From Octopus sinensis (taxonomy: Eukaryota): a DNA stretch of 64,000 nt. The notes below the pieces were generated by a model that searched no databases, was not told the DNA's origin, and worked only from the letters and a program-made list of their open reading frames with translations. Positions within the stretch are counted from its first letter, which is position 1; each line of letters begins with the position of its first letter. Position numbers and translations under genes: made by a program. Below are positions 49,721 to 63,079 of this stretch, one piece after another. The stretch is taken from assembly GCF_006345805.1 (NCBI RefSeq), contig NC_042999.1:73842001-73906000 (forward strand), read 5' to 3'.

Positions 49721-51879
49721 AACAAAATTTTTGAGTTGGTCGCATTTCGATTATGAATGATATCTGACTTGGTCTAATGGCCGATTACCAAGTGTTTTGA
49801 TCTTTGTCTCTATTGTAATCTTGTAAATATTTTCCTTACGTGCTTTTGCTAATGGCATACTTACTCAAGTGTGTTCCACTCGATATTTTTTTCAACTTTC
49901 AGAATTTTCTATACATTTCAATTGGTTGATTTTATATCAATTTGGAAAGAAAAATTAGGCGCGCAATCTACATTTCGAGAATTTCGCGCAATCTACACCA
50001 TCTGAGGTATTATAAAATTTTATAGGTACCCATTTTGGGTGCATATTTTACGTATCTTACCCGTGTTTTTGCATGTCCCTCAGCGCTCTAAATAATGAAT
50101 AAGTTACTTACTTATTGTAAGTCATTTGGCTAGTTTGAAATGCATTCCTGTGCAGGAGTTGGGCAACAAAGTGAAACCACGGAACATTACAATTTTTCCA
50201 GAACTCATTCGCTGCTATTTCCAGTGTTAGACATGACAAATTGAAAGTAAAATATACACTATCTGAAGGGCATTTGTAGAAAATTTCATTAAATGTACGC
50301 TTTAAAGTTATAGGGAAACAGTTAAGCCATGTGAATATTATTTCTTTAATTTTATGCCTGTTTTCCAACCAGCCCAGAGTGCCAAGCATCTTGCTCTCAA
50401 ATTCTTCCGCCTCGTTTTTGAAAGAAATTTAGCTATGATTGTAATCTACACCATCTGAAAGGTATTTGCCAAGCGACCCACAAACATTTTAGGCATTCTG
50501 TGTGATTAAAACATGGTAAGTCCCATTGGGCTTACTTGGCAAGCAATTTAGAATGATCAGTCATATCCACATTTGATTTTATTTATAGGGACTATTAAAA
50601 TGGATCAGTTGCGAGTGAGACTCCTTGTTGGCTGACCGAAGCATTCAATTACTGCCATTGGCTTACAAGAAAAAAAGAATGGAAGTGTGAAGGCGCGAAA
50701 TACGAATTCGGAAACTAGTAGAAAGCTACATGCAACCATTTTGGCGCTTTTTCGTTGCGTCCATGGTTTCCGTGTTTTGAAGTGTGGGATATTAAAATTT
50801 AGAAAAAAACTCGGAGGTCAGTTTGAATAATAACAATGGTATTGATATTTGAATGAGGCATGCTTGCTGAAAATTATAATATGCAACAATCATGAAAATG
50901 TTTCATGTTTTGCAGATATATTTCCATGGACGTACTCTGGAGGCTGATCGATTGCTAACAGCTAGGCATAATTTGCATTTTCTAGTTATTTTTTAAAATG
51001 TATATTAGTATCAGCCTCTTGGTGTTTTTCTCTAAAATAACCAGCCTTACGGAGCGATAAAGTATCCCCCGGTTTGATGTTTCTAGCTCGTTTTGTTTCG
51101 CTGTTATTTGCACAGCATTCAGTCAGCTCTTCGAGACTAAAAAACATAACGACCATAACTATCCTAATTTTCTATGTTTACTATGTCGGAGAGATTTGGC
51201 TTTCTAGAAGGCAGATCGACTACGTTGAGATTGCACTGCTGGTTGTTCTGGTGTGGTGGATCTACAATTATTTTCGGAAAGACTTAGTAGCCACTCGATC
51301 TTCCACAAACATCAAAAACTTTTTAAATAATTGAAACGTGACTAGGCAGTAAAGGCATTGCAGAATCCATACCGAACATTCTAAGTGCCGTGCTGGCAAT
51401 TTTTGTTGATATTTGGGAGAATTTTAAGTTTCTTTTGTTCTGAGGCTCCTAATATACTAAGAATTTAAATCAACCATATAATGTAGCCTAACGGAACCAA
51501 ATCCTTAAGTATCTGGACTTGTCGATAACCATTTCTTCCAGCCATTAGGGTTTGAGACGTTTGAAGGGGCAAGGACCGTTTTTGGGTATGGAGATTCCGA
51601 TTCTAAAAGAAAATTGGCAAAAATAGCAACTTCAAAATTCCACCCCATTTCTTCATTTTTCACTTTTTCCAAATTTTTTTTTGGCGAAATACGGAGATCA
51701 ACTTTAAAAATTACCTAAACCCTCTCCTCTCCCGATTCTACGGCCAGGCTATCCACATCTCACAATCTTTTTGGCACATACGTACATACCGTTTCGAATG
51801 CCTTTTATTGTGTATTCCCTACACCAGTGTACCCTTGTGTTTTCCTTTTAACTTTCAGAAAAATTGATATTTTTAAATA

Positions 51880-53238
51880 AAATTTTCGGTCAATATAAAG
51901 ATCCTCACTCGGGAACCAAAAAAAAATTAACCAGCCGGGGGTGGGGGTGTGGAAAACTAAAATGAAAAATGCGCGCTGACGACCCTGGGGGTGGAAAGGG
52001 GACTTTCGTAAAATTCACAAGATCCGATTTTTCAGTCATATCTTCCGGTGAAATGGATATATATTGATCTTTTTTGCGGATTCCCACGTTTTTGGTTATG
52101 GAGGATCCGATTCTGAAAAAATTGGTTTGTAAAGTTTCAATTTTTCAAAACTCACACATACACATTTATACCCTCAGGCCTTTTACTAGAACGTATACAG
52201 ACAACAAGCGTTCATTTTCACATTTAGACAGCGGGATGACTGGGGGGATTTTGGGTAGGAGTTTTTCATAAAAAGGGGCGATCTTTCGTCTCCAGTAGAC
52301 CTTTCCGTCGATTTCCGTAAAAAAATTTTTTTTTACATATGGGCTTGTGGGAACTTTTGAAGTAATATACATACATATACACATACACCGAGTAAAAAAT
52401 TTCAGTTATCTCTCTCTTTCACACATTACTCTGTCTCTTCACACACACTAACAGAAGCACTTCACTTACACAACATACTGTCTGTCTCCCACACCCCATC
52501 AAACACACACACACATGTACATCAATGCTTCCCATGCACGGTAACTTCAAAAGAATTTCCCTCGTCATACAATCGCTTTCTCTTAGTCTCTTTCGCTCTC
52601 ATTACTTCAAAAGTTCCCGCAAGCCCATATGTAAAAAAAAAAAATTTTTTTTACGGAAATCGACGGAAAGGTCTACTAGAGATGAAAGATTGCCAAAAAG
52701 TCCACTAATTTCACATGAATATTTTGTCATTGCGAGAAATTACTCTGAAAGAAAGGTGAGTAGATTGATTGCATTATGTTATCGAAGTTTTGTGAGATTT
52801 GGCTGTTATTTTTAGCATGTGGAAGGCCTGAGGGTATATATTTTTTCTTTTTGAAAAATTGAAATTTTACAAGCCAATTTTTTTCAGAATCATAATCTTC
52901 GTATTTTTCTACGTATTTAGCAAAAGAAAACAAACAAAAAAAAAAACATTCTGGGAAAAGTGAAAAATCGGGAAGGAGGGGAAAGGAAATTTTGAAAATG
53001 CGATTTTTTAAAAACTTTCTTTTCAGAATCGGATCCTCTATAACCAAAAAACGTGGGATTTCGTAAAAAAAAGATCAATATATATCCATTTTACCGGAAG
53101 TTATGACGGAAAAGTCGGATCTTGTGAATTTTCCGAAAGTGCGCATTTTTTTTCATATCCGTTTTCCACATACTTCTTAACACCTCCCGGACTGGTAAAT
53201 TTTTTTCCGGGTGAGGATCTTTATATTGACCAAATTTT
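51880..53238. mobile_element. Foldback/MITE-like element with long modular inverted arms
   Basis: Arm pairs 51880-51975/53141-53238, 52003-52150/52850-53140, 52167-52182/52823-52838 and 52281-52366/52601-52690; low-complexity centre. Confidence 0.85.
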
Positions 53239-53369
53239 CGACATATACGTTTCAAAAGGTGTAGTTGCTGATTATGTCGCAATTTGGGGGGAAAAAGTAT
53301 TTCCTCGGGGTGGGGAAGAGTTTCGAAAAATTCCCATATTGGCAGGCTTTGTTTCTTCGTATAATTTTC

Positions 53370-53936
53370 GGTAAATTTATAGTTTTACACCAGACCCAAT
53401 ATCGGTACTAAATAATTTTTCCCGCGTTTTTTCTTTTTTTGGTGCAATCGTCTTAGTTGATCTCGTAAGCTGTTGGAAAAGTAAGATTTAAAGGAATGGG
53501 TGAAAAGGCCAGGTATTTATTCATCTCTGCTACAGAAAACAAACAATTGCATGAATTTCTTATTGAGGCAGCAAAATTACATACACCCCTCCCGGATCGC
53601 CAGTAAGGAATCAATCCCAGCACAAATCCGGAGACAAGATATACAGGACTGCCCTAGGTTCTGCCTCACCCCATCCCCTCCGTTTTCCACAGACAAAATG
53701 CATTCCCCACACTTCAATTAAGACGATTGCAATGAAAAAAAAAAAACGCAGGAGCCTGGGTTGGGAAGGGGAATTTTCGAGGTTCTGCCCCCACCCCTTC
53801 CGTTTTTTGTGGGAATAATGCATTTCCGACTGCTTATGAGGTGAAGTAAAACGATTGCACCCCGCAAAAAAAAAAAAAAAACTGGGGAAAAAATTATCTC
53901 TACCGAAATCGAGTCTGGTGTGAAACTAAATTTACC
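53370..53936. mobile_element. Second foldback/MITE-like element
   Basis: 53370-53395 pairs with 53913-53936; 53412-53451 pairs with 53851-53897 (and with about 53712-53755). Confidence 0.7.
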
Positions 53937-54070
53937 AAATTTTCTACATATATGCTTCAGATAGTGAGTGTATGTTTTCATTATTTAGGAATTTGTTGGG
54001 TGAAATAAAAAAACTGGTAAAATAATGAAAGAAATATGTAATCAATCTACTGTCTATACACACACATGCA

Positions 54071-54105
<35 letters not shown>

Positions 54106-54270
54106 ATATACAAAACAATCATGTTCATCATTGCCTTGTCATCATCAACTCTGGTTATTTTTGTTATATTCTGGAACATTTTCACAAAAATTATAAATCA
54201 TCATCGTCATCTAACATACATGTTCCTTGCTGGCATGGGGTGGACAGTTTGAAAGGATCCAATATATCCA

Positions 54271-54690
54271 AGGACTGTAGCTGTGGTAAGAAGCTTGCTT
54301 CCCAACTACATGGTTCCAAGTTCAGTCCCACTGCGTGGTGGCACCTTGGGCAAGTGTTTTCTACTATAGCTTTAAGCTGACCAAAGCCTTGATAGTGGAT
54401 TTGGTAGACAAGCCTGTTGTATATATATGTAAACACACCAATACCGGTTGTCAAGTGGTGATGCAGGGACAGACACAAAGACACAGTCAGATACATACAG
54501 ACACATATATATGTGTGTGTGTGTATCTGTCTGTACCTGCATCACCACTTGATAACCAGTATTGGTGTGTTTTTACATCCATGTAACTTAGGCTTAAAAA
54601 ATAAGTCTTGGGGGCATTTGTTGACTAAAATCCTTCGAGGTGGTGCTTTAGTATGGCCACAGTCAAATGGCTGAAACAAAAGAATAAAAA
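54271..54690 (+). mobile_element. SINE family A, diverged copy
   Basis: tggtaagaagcttgcttccc...ttcagtcccactgcgtgg..caccttgggcaagtg...atggccacagtcaaatggctgaaac. Confidence 0.75.
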
Positions 54691-55804
54691 AAAAAAGTGT
54701 GCATGGTGATCCTTTAGAGATGGTACCACCAATCCGAAACTAAAACTTGTGCTATTTTACCCATTTGGCAATCTCTGTAAAATTTATTTTCAGCTATACA
54801 TACATAAATATGCACACACATATACTTTTTTGTAATACTGTAGTGTTTGAAGCTGTTGAATTTGTTCCAATTTATACTAAATCATTCGTTTGGAGCTGAA
54901 GTCATTCTGTTTATTTTTTGCATTTGTTTCATAATGCTTAATGAAATAGTTTAAAAATTTTTTCGAACGAAGAATGCTGAAGGATACATTTCTGTTAACA
55001 TATTTTTACAAAACAAATTATCAAAGTGTTTCTACTCTCTTGATACAACTGTCTCTACTTATTCTGTTTATCTTTGTATGTGAAAGTTCATTCTTAATGC
55101 TCGACTAATTTTATCTTGCATATAATGAAATACAAAGTGTTTCACATAGATTATGCTAGCAAAAGGAAAATAAAACTGGGAGTGAGTGACAGAGATGCTA
55201 AATGCAGGCAAACTGTGATATGTTTTGCTCTGAAGTGGTTGGTATTTTTAATCAAAATGAAACTCAATTTTATTGTAAAATATATTTATTTTATCAAATA
55301 AACAATAGTTGTGAGTGTCACTGTCATGCAAGAGGTGTTCTTTGTTTTTAGTCTTCAATGTAATCATGTTTGGGCATGGTGAAATATTATCTTACTTGGA
55401 AATAGGTAAGGGTTGGTGATAGGAAGGGCATCTGATTGTATGAAATCTATTTGATCCATGTGTGCTGAAGTGGATGTTTCACATATGTGGATGACACTTT
55501 CAACTGAGACATTACAACTGTATCTGTTCATGTGCTTCAGATCTGTGTATGTACATATATTTTACTTGATAGCTGACATTTATCAATTGTTTCTCCCATT
55601 GTTTTCATGCACCATTTTCTATCATTAAAAGATAGCATTTTTGACAACACAGGCATGCTAATACACACACACACACACATATTCATCCTTTCAAGGTTAA
55701 TAAAAGAAGTGCCAGTTGAGCTCTGGAGTCAGTATAATTGACTTAACTCTTTTCCTGAGCTTGCTGGCCTTGTGCCAAAATTCAAAATCAATATTATTAT
55801 GTTT

Positions 55805-56020
55805 AAGGTAGTGAGCAGAATCATTTGCAATGCTGGGCAAAATGCTGTTAAGCACTTTGTCCATCTTTATGTTCTGAGTTCAAATTCTGCCCAGGTCAGC
55901 TTTGCCTCTGATCCTTTTTGGGGTTGATAAAATAAGTACCAGTTGAGCACTGGGGGTCAATGTAATTAACTTATGCATTTCCCCATACTTGCTGGTCATG
56001 TGCAAAATTTGAAACCAATA
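55805..56020 (+). mobile_element. SINE family B
   Basis: ggtagtgagcagaatc...gagttcaaattctgcc.aggtcagctttgcct.tgatcctttt.gggttgataaaataagtaccag; matches 58245-58455. Confidence 0.7.
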
Positions 56021-56709
56021 CTGCTTATGTTGAAAGGAAAAATGCTAAGAGTGCATTTACCATTGTTAAAGCAATGAAATATTAATTCTTTGTAGAATGC
56101 TGGCAAAGCATGCAACAGTTGAAAATGTAAAATTTAAAGCAGAGACCTATAAGATGAAATATTGCAAAGCAGTTGTTAACAGAATGTGCATTTAATATTA
56201 AAAAACAATGATGTATAAATGAAGAATATTCACTGAAAAAAAGACTGAGACATAAGATGTAATTATAAGTGTGAATCCTACTATTGAAAATGTGTCAGCA
56301 ACACACACAGGTTTAATACAAAACATTAGTATTAATGAAGCAAGAGGAAAATACACACTAATAATGATGTGTAAGAATAAAATTATGGAAATTTTTTAAT
56401 GACTTATATCATAAACAAATTGCAAATGAAGCTGTAGAGATATTCAAACATGCAATGTTTGCCAAATAGAAATTCAAATAAGAGGTTGTGTTAGTGCAGG
56501 TACATAAACTGTAGTTTGGTCATGAATACTTTACTACCAGAAGTCCATAATAAAAATATACTCTTAAATAATATTGAAGATACATTTTTTATATTTTTTA
56601 CTGGTTTCAAGTTGAGGCCGTGCCGGAGCACTTCAGTGTGATTGGGTTTCTTTTCTGCATTTCTTCTGATAGAGCTGCTCTTCTTTGTGCCTCCTGCCAC
56701 AATAAATTT

Positions 56710-57260
56710 GTTCAGATGTTCTTTGAAGACCTCCACATTTACGCCTTGCAAATCTCTGAGGCTGTTAGGCAGAATGTTGAATAGCTGTGGACCTTTGAAA
56801 TCCAAGCTGTTACAGTACTGGACCCTCATTCTAGGTTGGAGAAGACAGGAGCTTTGGTACAATGCAGTGCTGACCAGTTTGGTGGTTGGCATAGCTTCCA
56901 ATTCCAAAGCTGGGAGCTAGAGCTTCCAGGACCCTCCATATGTATATCATTGCATATCTGTCATGCTTTCTCTCTCAGGAGTAGAGCTTCAGTTCCATTA
57001 GCTCTCCCAATAGCTCATCTGTTTCACTGAATCAATCTTTGTGTAGTGTTTCTGGATTGCCTCAAGTTCCACCACCAGTTTGATGCTCTGCAGTGACCAC
57101 TGTTAGGAGCAGTAATCCAGATGACTGAGAATGAAACTTCTCCAGAGGAGTAGCATGATATTTTTTTTCTGGTTCTGAATGATCTCAGAATCCATCCAGT
57201 TATTTGCCTGCACTGTGTTGCCATCTTGGTAATACACATGGAATGTGTCATTGCTCATTC
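56710..57260 (-). pseudogene. CR1/L2-group LINE ORF2 C-terminal fragment (same family as 37200-37855)
   Basis: KMATQCRQITGWILRSFRTR, YIWRVLE, FKGPQLFNILPNSLRDLQGVNVEVFKEHL. Confidence 0.8.
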
Positions 57261-58244
57261 CCAGGTGATGCACCAACTGTGACTCTGTGATTGCACTACC
57301 TCTTGGTCCTGCGTATTCTGAGTATAGTTTGTTTCAGAGTTGATAATGAAGTGCTTGAAACCTCTCAGCATTGAACTGCATGCTATTTTCATCAAGCTAT
57401 TTATATATACAGAAATCTGGTGCAGGCTTCTGCCTGGCCAGCTCCTGTCAAACTGTTCCACCCATGCCAGCATGGAAGGTGGACGTTAAATGATGATGAT
57501 TATGATATATATGGCTTGCACATAATTCCTTTACACCTTAAAAGAGTTAAAATGGTATTAGTGTACACAATTGCAAATGTGAATTATAACAGATATTAAA
57601 AAGCCTGTGAAACAAATTTGGGTAAAATAGTTCCGAGAGAATCTTTTTTAGTATAAGCAGAAAGCCTGAATTTTTGCGGGTGGGGCATAGTCAATTATCC
57701 TGACCCCTGTACTAAACTGGTACTTATTTTATTGACTTCTGAAAAGGATGGAAGGCAAAGTGAACCTTGTCTGAAATTTAATTCAGAATGTAAAGATGGA
57801 TGAAATGCTGTTAAGCATTTTGCCTTGCATACTAACAGTTCAACAAGCTCACCACATTAAAAAGATAGGGTTCCTAGATAATAATTTGGTAATGAGGTAT
57901 ATTAGGCTAAAATATGTTAGTGGCATTTATTTTCTTGTCATAGTCAAATTTTCACATGAGAAAAGAATTGGAAGTACTTTATATATCTCTGTTTTGGTTC
58001 CAATTTTTTCCTTGACAAACTAGTTTTAACATGTTTACATATCACATGACAGTTAATGTACTTAGAACAGTAAAAAAGAGATGTTCAAATTTGAGATTTA
58101 TCAATTAGACATAGAAGTAAAAAGATATCTATTTTAGTTTTACAGTTTTTTTACCTACTAAATTCCATTTAGAAAGTATTGGTTACTCTTATACTATGGT
58201 AAAAGGTGCTTACACAGTTGGATTGAACATGGAACACTATGACT

Positions 58245-58455
58245 GCAAAGTAAAGGCAGCGAGCTGGCAGAATTGTTAGCACTGTGGGCAAAATGCTTAG
58301 CCACATTTTGTCCATCTTCACGTTCAAATTCCACCAAGGCCTTTGCCTTTCATACTTTTGGGGTTGATAAAGTAAGTACCAGTTAAACACTGGAGTCAAT
58401 CTAATCAACTTACCCCTCCTGCCGAACTTGCTGGCTTTGTGCCAAAATTTGAAAC
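58245..58455 (+). mobile_element. SINE family B
   Basis: ggcagcgagctggcagaattgttagc...gttcaaattccaccaagg..tttgcctttcat.cttttggggttgataaagtaagtaccag. Confidence 0.75.
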
Positions 58456-59399
58456 AAGTAAGAATGCAAAGTGAATTTCTTACTCACACGGGCATCATAC
58501 TTAATCCCAAGGTGGTGAAGTACAGAACAATTCTATTTGAGTGAGTGTCCATGCTATAACCCATTGGAAATTTTGATCCCTACACTAAATGAATTACAAT
58601 GGTGAGATGTTTATCTTTATGCCAGCCCAGTAGTAGCATTCCAGTTAAGACCAAAGCTGTGGAGTTGTAAGCAATTATTAGGTTACTGGAGCTGGTACAA
58701 ACTCTTGATTTAATGTATGTTGTAATATAATGCATTAATTTCCAGTTTGAAAGATACTAGTTTATTTTCTGCACTGAGAATAATCAAACTACAGTTACTA
58801 CATAGCAAAACAAAAAAAGGGAAACCAGCTAACAATAAAAAGAGTTGATATGATGTTGTTTGCTACTTCTTTACCTTATGGAATGAGACAATTAAATTCC
58901 TCTTGGTTTCCACTAATTTTGAGATATCATGGAAAGGATATGCTGGACTGTTTGATATGTGATGCTAGGTATAGAAAAGTCCATTACCTTCAATATCAAG
59001 TGCTACCTACCTATGATATTTACACTTGCTGAACTGAATTGGTGACAAGGGAAGAATAGATGCCTTTGAAATTTCTTGTCTTAGCTAACTGATACTAAGC
59101 AAAGGTAAGCCATAAAAGTTAACCCATCATAGTAGACAGAAACAAAGATACAGAAAGTGTGAACATTAACAGGGAAATCTTTACCATTATTTCCTGGCTG
59201 GTTTTTTCCACGTATGTATATCATTTCTCTAAAAAGCTGTTCCTGGAGAAAATGAAACAAAGAATAAAAGAATTAGTTCAGTTGATTATATTTTTTTATT
59301 GGAGATATATTACAAAGAAGAGCACTGGAGTCTGCTGAGATTTTTGATAAACAAAATTTCATTCATTTCGTGCACACACACATAAACGATTGTTGCTCA

Positions 59400-60200
59400 G
59401 AACGATAAAACAATACTGACTTCTAATGTCGTTCGTCCACCGTCTCAGTTGACCAACTCCATTTGTGACTGTCAATGCTCTCTCTACTGTGTCCCAAAAC
59501 TCTGTTTAGTATTCACAGTGTGTCACTGGAGCCTATTGAATGCGAAATCATGATTGGTGAAATTTTGTTGATCATATCGGCAATATTCTAGCGAATCGCC
59601 AATGAAATTTTCAGTCATGGTGAATTGAACGAAATAATAAGAACTAATTTAAAGACGAACGAGTGGTAGGTATTCCAGCCAGTTGCTGTTGTCATGATAA
59701 GCTCTAAGAGCGGGTGTCAGTTGTCGGTCGGACCGTTCCACCATGCTGTTGGCTGCAAAATGGTAAGCAGTTGTGGGGAACCTTTTTACAATCTAAGAGG
59801 CGAGTCAATTCTGAGAAGAGATGTCTGTGTCTGTTGTAATGGTAGATGTGCCAAAATAGGCAGTCCAATATTAAAGAAGAGCTTTAGCTATCATTTCTGC
59901 TGTGGTATCACGAAGAGGGACGCCTTCAGGCCAGTGAAAGAAACGATCCACACAGGCCAAAAGGTATATGCAATTTTGAGACGGTGGCAGTGGGCCGGTG
60001 ATGTCTATATGCACATGTTGAAAACGTACATTTGGTAATGAGAAAGTTCCCTGAAGCGATTTGACAAAATTTCGCTTTTTGACAAGGGACGCAACTCTTG
60101 GTGAAGTCCCTGACATCTTTGTCGATATCAGCACACATAAATCGTGCAGCATTTAACTTCAGGGTGGAATTTACTCCAGGATGTGATAAATTGTGTAGAG
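59400..60200 (-). pseudogene. Ty3/Gypsy integrase fragment
   Basis: LHNLSHPG...CVPCQKAK (HHCC), FQHVHIDITGPLP...LACVDRF..WPE, and degenerate ANSMVER. Confidence 0.85.
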
Positions 60201-60413
60201 CAGAAAAAAGAAAAGAAAAGAAATAAAATAAAGGCATATGTCTATGCTTTTTTTGGAACAGAGGGACGTTCGTGCCCAGTAGAAATGTAGCACCAAATAT
60301 AACAAGGAGAAAGTTTGAAAGAGAGAGAGAAGAATTTTGAAGTTTGAGAAGTTCATCGGTTTTCTGGCCGGCGGCTAACTTTTGGAGATTGATAGAGGCA
60401 GTAGTGTGTAATT

Positions 60414-60690
60414 GTGAAGGAGTGTCGCTTAGTGGTCAGGGCATTCTACTCACGATCGTAAGGTCGTGAGTTCAATTCCCGGCGACGCATTGTGTCCTTG
60501 AGTAAGACACTTATTTCACGTTGCTCTAGTTCACTCAGCTGACAAAAATGAGTAGTACCTGTATTTCAAAGGGCCAGCCTTGTCACGCTGAATCTCCCTG
60601 AGAGCTACAAGGGTACATGTGTCTGTGGAGTGCTCAGACACTTGTTAATTTCATGAGCAAGCTGCTCTGTTGATTGTATCAGCTGGGACC
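60414..60690 (+). mobile_element. SINE family C (tRNA head, CORE-like)
   Basis: gtgaaggagtgtcgcttagtggtcaggg...gagttcaattcccggcga...tgtgtccttgagtaagacactt; a partial copy also lies near 30241-30380. Confidence 0.75.
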
Positions 60691-60897
60691 CAGCTTATTT
60701 ACTGTATTAAATGGGTAAAGGTAAAGAAATATTTTACCATTAATTTATAATACAAATTAAATTATAATGTATATATGTATGCTATTAAGGTTCTCATTTT
60801 TGTTAAATGAATAAATAAGTCAACATTCTAATATCCGAAAGCTGATGAACCAACTAAATTGTTTCTCCATTTTTCTTATTTGTATTATATATATATA

Positions 60898-60960
<63 letters not shown>

Positions 60961-61704
60961 TATATATATATAAATATCAGATATGTGCCATCAGTAATTA
61001 TTCAGGATAGGCAGTTGTTGACCTTTATGTAGTAAAACACACAAAAAAATAAGTGAAGCACAGGCACACGACTGAGTTGAAGGCAGATTTACTTCTACCT
61101 TTATAGCATGTAAAGAAAATGGTGTTATAAGAGTGTACTCAGCATGTGTACTACAGTAATACCAAGCATAGCTTAAATACTGATATTGAAAAGCAGGGGC
61201 AAAATATGCCTACCTAATCTACAAACAAATAAAATATTTTGCATGTTATGCATAGTAATCATAATTGTATTGAATTAGGCACATATTTTGCCATACAAGT
61301 AAAATGTTGCTATCAATCTATTTTATTCAAGGTAGGTACTGCTTACCTTGCCTACCTAGGTGGCACGTTCTTGATATTCATACACACACACACACAAACA
61401 AGGAACTGGAAAAATTGGGTAAATTTTAAATTCCACATTACACATGTTTCATTGCATGATAGGAGTTACATGCAGAAAAACATGTATAGGATTTCCTATC
61501 TGTGATTCTCCAGATAAATTACTCAGTAATTGATCTGCAAACAGAAATCACCAGAAATTTCAAATGCTATGTGCTTTATCTGTAATAAAACATTTATATG
61601 CATACATTTGATTACTGCAACATGTAGATATGCTTCATGTAGACAGAACTTGGTTTATAACCCCTTCTATACATTATATATTTATATATCACTCACATAT
61701 GTAA

Positions 61705-62295
61705 TGCCATCATCATCATCATTTAATGTCCATTCTTCATGTTGGCATGGGTTGGATAGTTTGACAGGAGCCAAGAGAGCTGCCAAGGCTCCAGTTGTCT
61801 GTTTTGGCATGGTTTCTATGACTGGATGCCCTTCCTAATGCCAACCACTTTATAGAGTGTACTGGTCACTTTTATGTGGCTCTAGCATGGGTACTTGTAC
61901 ATGACACTGGCACAGGTGCTTTTATGTATCACCAGCACCTATGAGCTTGCAAGACTAGGACCCCTCAGCTGAGAAAGGGATGTAGAGAACATACCTGTAT
62001 GTAAGGATACTTCATACCGTGTCTTCCTGTGCCTACCCCTTCCACATGTTTCTTTCACAATTAGCACTTCTTGATGCAGTTGTCCCCTTCCATGCTCATC
62101 ACATGACCATACCAATGCAGTCTTCTCTCTTGCACACTACATCAGATGCCCCATATACCCATTTTTCATCTCAAATCGCTTACACTCTGTTGTACCTGCA
62201 TATTAGCATTACTCATCAAGCAGAGCATGCTGGCTTCATTTCTTTCAAGTCTTTGCATGTCCTCAATAGTCACAGCTCATGTCTCACTGCCATGT
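61705..62295 (-). mobile_element. Degenerate RTE-LINE ORF2 C-terminus plus tail
   Basis: Minus strand SETWAVTIEDMQRLERNEASML...VQERRLHWYGHV; (cat)n tail at left. Confidence 0.75.
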
Positions 62296-63079
62296 AGCAA
62301 AACACACACACCACCATCATCATCATCATCATCATCATTATCATCATCATCATCATCATCATTTTCTCATTATCACAGGTTTTGTTGGAGCTCCTGGAGT
62401 TTTCCATGCATAGCGGGCTTACTACCTGCAACCCTCGGTATCATGCTATTTGTTCTTTTCAGCTATCTAATACTTTCTTGATTGTTCTGGCTATGCCAAG
62501 GAGGCAAACCTTTGTAACAGTTCTACTGGGTACTCTATTCCAATTTCCTTTATATTCCTCTTAATGCCTTCTGATACTGATCTTAAGGACCCAACAATAA
62601 TTAGCACTGTCTTCACCTTCTATAGTAGAAAGGATTATTATTGTTATTATTATCATTATTTCACTTAGGCATAGTGGTACTAATAACCTAGTATTAGAAC
62701 TCAGCATGCATCAGTTGAGTACAACAGAACAAAACATCAGTTGAGTGCAGAGCAGTAATAAGAAATTAAAATGATGAGAGAAAAATGTCTGCCGTAAAAT
62801 GCAATGCGCTTGTAGTTGAGTGTGTAGGTGCAGTTATCTCCCCTGACAGCGGCTGCCAATGGAGGGCACACGCAACATTAAGGTTCAGACACTCACCTCT
62901 TCTTTCGGCATCTAGATGTCAGACATTGAAGACATAATCTAGTTGGCTCTCTCACAAACGCAGCAACTAGCAGACAGGAGGTAATGCACAGAAGAGGATC
63001 ATGGCCTCCATGAATCAAACCATTTCCATTTATCATTCATCTTGTATATACTCGTATGTGTGAGGTTGACATTAAAGGT

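Noticed and set aside
12750-60200. Gypsy RT and integrase fragments as one element
   Set aside because: They are 46 kb apart, on opposite strands, and no LTRs were seen; treated as separate relics.
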